A stretch of 56,491 nt of DNA from positions 1 through 56,491 of the forward strand of contig JANQKU010000139.1 of NCBI GenBank assembly GCA_028280955.1, written 5' to 3'. Below are positions 54,419 to 56,491 of the stretch, in pieces; the first letter of the stretch is position 1; each line of letters starts with the position of its first letter. Made by a program: the position numbers and the translations under genes. Below the pieces are notes generated by a model, which made no database searches, was not told the origin of the DNA, and saw only the letters and a list, made by a program, of their open reading frames with translations. This stretch comes from Opitutaceae bacterium. GTDB taxonomy: Bacteria > Verrucomicrobiota > Verrucomicrobiia > Opitutales > Opitutaceae.

Positions 54419-55675
54419 ATGGACATCGAACGCCCCGAAAGATACGCAAGAAAACAACGGCAACGCCGCATCCTCTACTCCGTCGCTGGAGTGATCGTTG
54501 TGGCTCTGTTTGTCTATGTGTTCACCCTCGCCAGTCCTCTCCCTCGAGTAGAGCGCAATGAAATCTGGCTCGGTGAAGTGAAACGCGGCGACATGCTTCG
54601 CAATGTGCGAGGGCTTGGTCGACTCATCCCAGCCGACATGCGCTGGATCACCTCCCAAACTTCAGGTCGTGTGGAAGAGAAATTCGTGAAGTCCGGAGCA
54701 CTCGTTCAGCCGGACACGGTCATTCTTCAACTTTCAAATCCACAACTCGAACAACAGTACCAAAACGCAAAGCTTGAGCTGGAAGCGGCTGAGGCTGAGT
54801 TGATCAGCACTCGCGTGCGTCTCCAGAGCGACTTACTCTCGATGAAGAGTAACTACACACGCCTCAAGGAGCAAACCGAGATGGCCGAGCTTGAGGAAGA
54901 AATCAACGACCAGCTCTTCGAAGATGGTCTCGTCTCCGAACTCAATCGCAAACGTTCCAAACTCAGCGCCCAGCACCTTCGTTCCCGCCTCGCGATGGAA
55001 ACAGAGCGTCTCAACTTTCAGGAACAAGCCATCGAGCCCCAACTCGCGACACAGAAGACTTACGTAGATCGTGCACAGGCAAGACTCGATTTACTGCAGA
55101 CTCAAGTCGACGCGCTCAAAGTCCGCGCGGGGTCTAACGGAGTAGTCCAGCAACTCGACTTAGAACAAGGCATGCAGGTCGCCGAAGGGCAGCAAATCGC
55201 ACTGGTATCGGATCCCCAAAATTTGGATGCGATGCTCGAGATTCAGGAAAGCCAGGCAAGAGAAGTTCGCATTGGACAAAGAGCGGAGATCGACACCCGC
55301 ACATCCGGAATCGTTCAGGCGTCAGTGACGCGAATCGATCCAAACGTCGAACGCGGCATCGTTCGCGTGGATCTGGAGTTTACAGACAGTTTGCCTGAAG
55401 GTTGCCGTGCCGACCAAACGGTGCAAGGGAACATCGAACTACAGCGACTGGATGACGTCATCTACGTGGATCGTCCTTCCACTGTGAAGGAAAACACCAA
55501 AGCATCCGTTTTCGTCATGAGTGCCGATGGAAAACAAGCACTGCGCACGCCAGTGGAATTTGGTCGATCTTCAGTGACCTTAGTCGAAATCGTATCCGGA
55601 CTTCGCCCAGGCCAACAGATCATCCTTTCCGACTCATCCAGATGGCAATCCTCTGAAGCTATCGAGATACGCTAA
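54419..55675 (+). CDS. HlyD/MacA-family periplasmic adaptor (membrane-fusion) protein
   Basis: N-terminal TM, long coiled-coil ('QQYQNAKLELEAAEAELISTR...'), beta-barrel C-terminus. Followed by a MacB/LolD-type ATPase. Confidence 0.85.
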   Translation: MDIERPERYARKQRQRRILYSVAGVIVVALFVYVFTLASPLPRVERNEIWLGEVKRGDMLRNVRGLGRLIPADMRWITSQTSGRVEEKFVKSGALVQPDTVILQLSNPQLEQQYQNAKLELEAAEAELISTRVRLQSDLLSMKSNYTRLKEQTEMAELEEEINDQLFEDGLVSELNRKRSKLSAQHLRSRLAMETERLNFQEQAIEPQLATQKTYVDRAQARLDLLQTQVDALKVRAGSNGVVQQLDLEQGMQVAEGQQIALVSDPQNLDAMLEIQESQAREVRIGQRAEIDTRTSGIVQASVTRIDPNVERGIVRVDLEFTDSLPEGCRADQTVQGNIELQRLDDVIYVDRPSTVKENTKASVFVMSADGKQALRTPVEFGRSSVTLVEIVSGLRPGQQIILSDSSRWQSSEAIEIR

Positions 55676-55911
55676 ATTTTAAAATCAAGATTCAAAATTA
55701 CAGAAAACAAAAAGGTGATAATACAGCACAGACACTTTAACAGGAGAGTCCGGCAACTGCCTGATCATTGCAGCATGCGAGACTTAAAGAACGGCAATGA
55801 CGGAGCATTGCCCTCCAGATAAAATCAGCTCAGATACCAAATTTTTACAACCAACCCCCCTAAACATCTTCAACAGCAGTCCCAATCTACATCACCACAA
55901 CCGACATAGAC

Positions 55912-56491
55912 ATGAGCACCACAACGACAGAACCAGCCGAAAACCAAACGGAAACCGCAGCAAAGGCGAAACACATCATCCAGCTAGAGGATGTCTGTCG
56001 TGTCTTCCATACCGACAGGATGGAAACGCGTGCACTCAACGGCATCTACCTGAACATCGACGAGGGCGATTTCCTTTCGATCTCAGGCCCGTCCGGTTGC
56101 GGCAAGTCCACTCTACTCTCCATCATCGGTCTCCTCGACCGCAGCAGTAGCGGCCGGTATCTTCTCGAAGGACAGGAAGTGCACGCCATCCACGGCCGCG
56201 CCAGAGCGTTACTGAGGAACCGGACGATCGGATTTATCTTTCAGAACTTCAATCTCATCGGCGAAATGAATGTCGCCGAGAACGTCGAGCTCCCACTGGT
56301 TTACCGCGACGTGCCCTACAAGCAACGCAAAATCATGGTGAAAGAAGCTCTTGAACAGGTTGAGATGGACCATCGCGAGGGGCATTTACCGAGCCAGCTT
56401 TCCGGTGGACAGCAACAACGTGTGGCAGTCGCGCGAGCCCTTGTTGGAAAACCCCGAATTCTACTCGCAGACGAGCCAACCGGTAACCTCG
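55912..56491 (+). CDS. ABC transporter ATP-binding protein (MacB/LolD family), 3'-partial at window edge
   Basis: My translation from ATG 55912: '...[37 protein letters not shown]...[22 protein letters not shown]...[31 protein letters not shown]'. Not in the ORF track because no stop is reached. Confidence 0.9.
   Translation, partial: MSTTTTEPAENQTETAAKAKHIIQLEDVCRVFHTDRMETRALNGIYLNIDEGDFLSISGPSGCGKSTLLSIIGLLDRSSSGRYLLEGQEVHAIHGRARALLRNRTIGFIFQNFNLIGEMNVAENVELPLVYRDVPYKQRKIMVKEALEQVEMDHREGHLPSQLSGGQQQRVAVARALVGKPRILLADEPTGNL

Noticed and set aside
55797-56150. 117-aa ORF upstream of and overlapping the ABC ATPase
   Set aside because: The alternative frame from ATG 55912 encodes a textbook MacB/LolD NBD. 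This ORF is His/Arg/Pro-rich with no motifs.

Overview
The window has four blocks and looks like a Gram-negative chromosome. My guess is Verrucomicrobiota or a related marine lineage, based on genes that mostly lack Shine-Dalgarno sequences, four-helix-bundle 'IVS' proteins and a MEKHLA protein; this is inference only.

(1) ~1-31.7 kb: a large co-directional (+) surface-glycan locus.
- It encodes a Wzc-like BY-kinase, a WbaP-like initiating transferase, the Wzm/Wzt ABC exporter, about 14 glycosyltransferases, 4 methyltransferases, an AsnB-type amidotransferase, two O-antigen-ligase/polymerase-family membrane proteins and a UDP-HexNAc dehydrogenase/epimerase pair.
- Its middle is visibly A+T-rich and carries several scars: a glycosyltransferase 3' remnant, a 5' frameshift and an in-frame stop between two genes.
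- There is an ops-like motif in the leader, and a four-helix-bundle gene flanked by inverted repeats lies between wzm and wzt.

(2) 32.5-40.3 kb: housekeeping and regulatory genes (MocR regulator, GNAT, AzlCD, hybrid sensor kinase, GT2, MEKHLA protein).

(3) 40.3-49.9 kb: a minus-strand TonB-dependent receptor, BtuFCD-like importer and cobQ operon.
- I could not see a canonical B12 riboswitch.
- The operon contains a densely structured ~180-nt internal intergenic element, and paired palindromes lie upstream of the receptor gene.
- A divergent NtrC/NtrB-like two-component pair follows.

(4) 50.1-54.3 kb: the most interesting part, an integron-type gene-cassette array with eight attC sites and no integrase in the window (CALIN-like).
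- Cassettes carry a small PD-(D/E)xK protein, an HNH endonuclease, a secreted protein, two RelE/ParE-type TA pairs (one toxin inactivated by a nonsense codon) and a DUF2784 membrane protein.
- Two cassettes have no ORF; one holds four exact-period 23-bp tandem repeats.

The window ends with a macA/macB-like efflux pair, the second gene being 3'-partial. No rRNA, tRNA or CRISPR array was seen.
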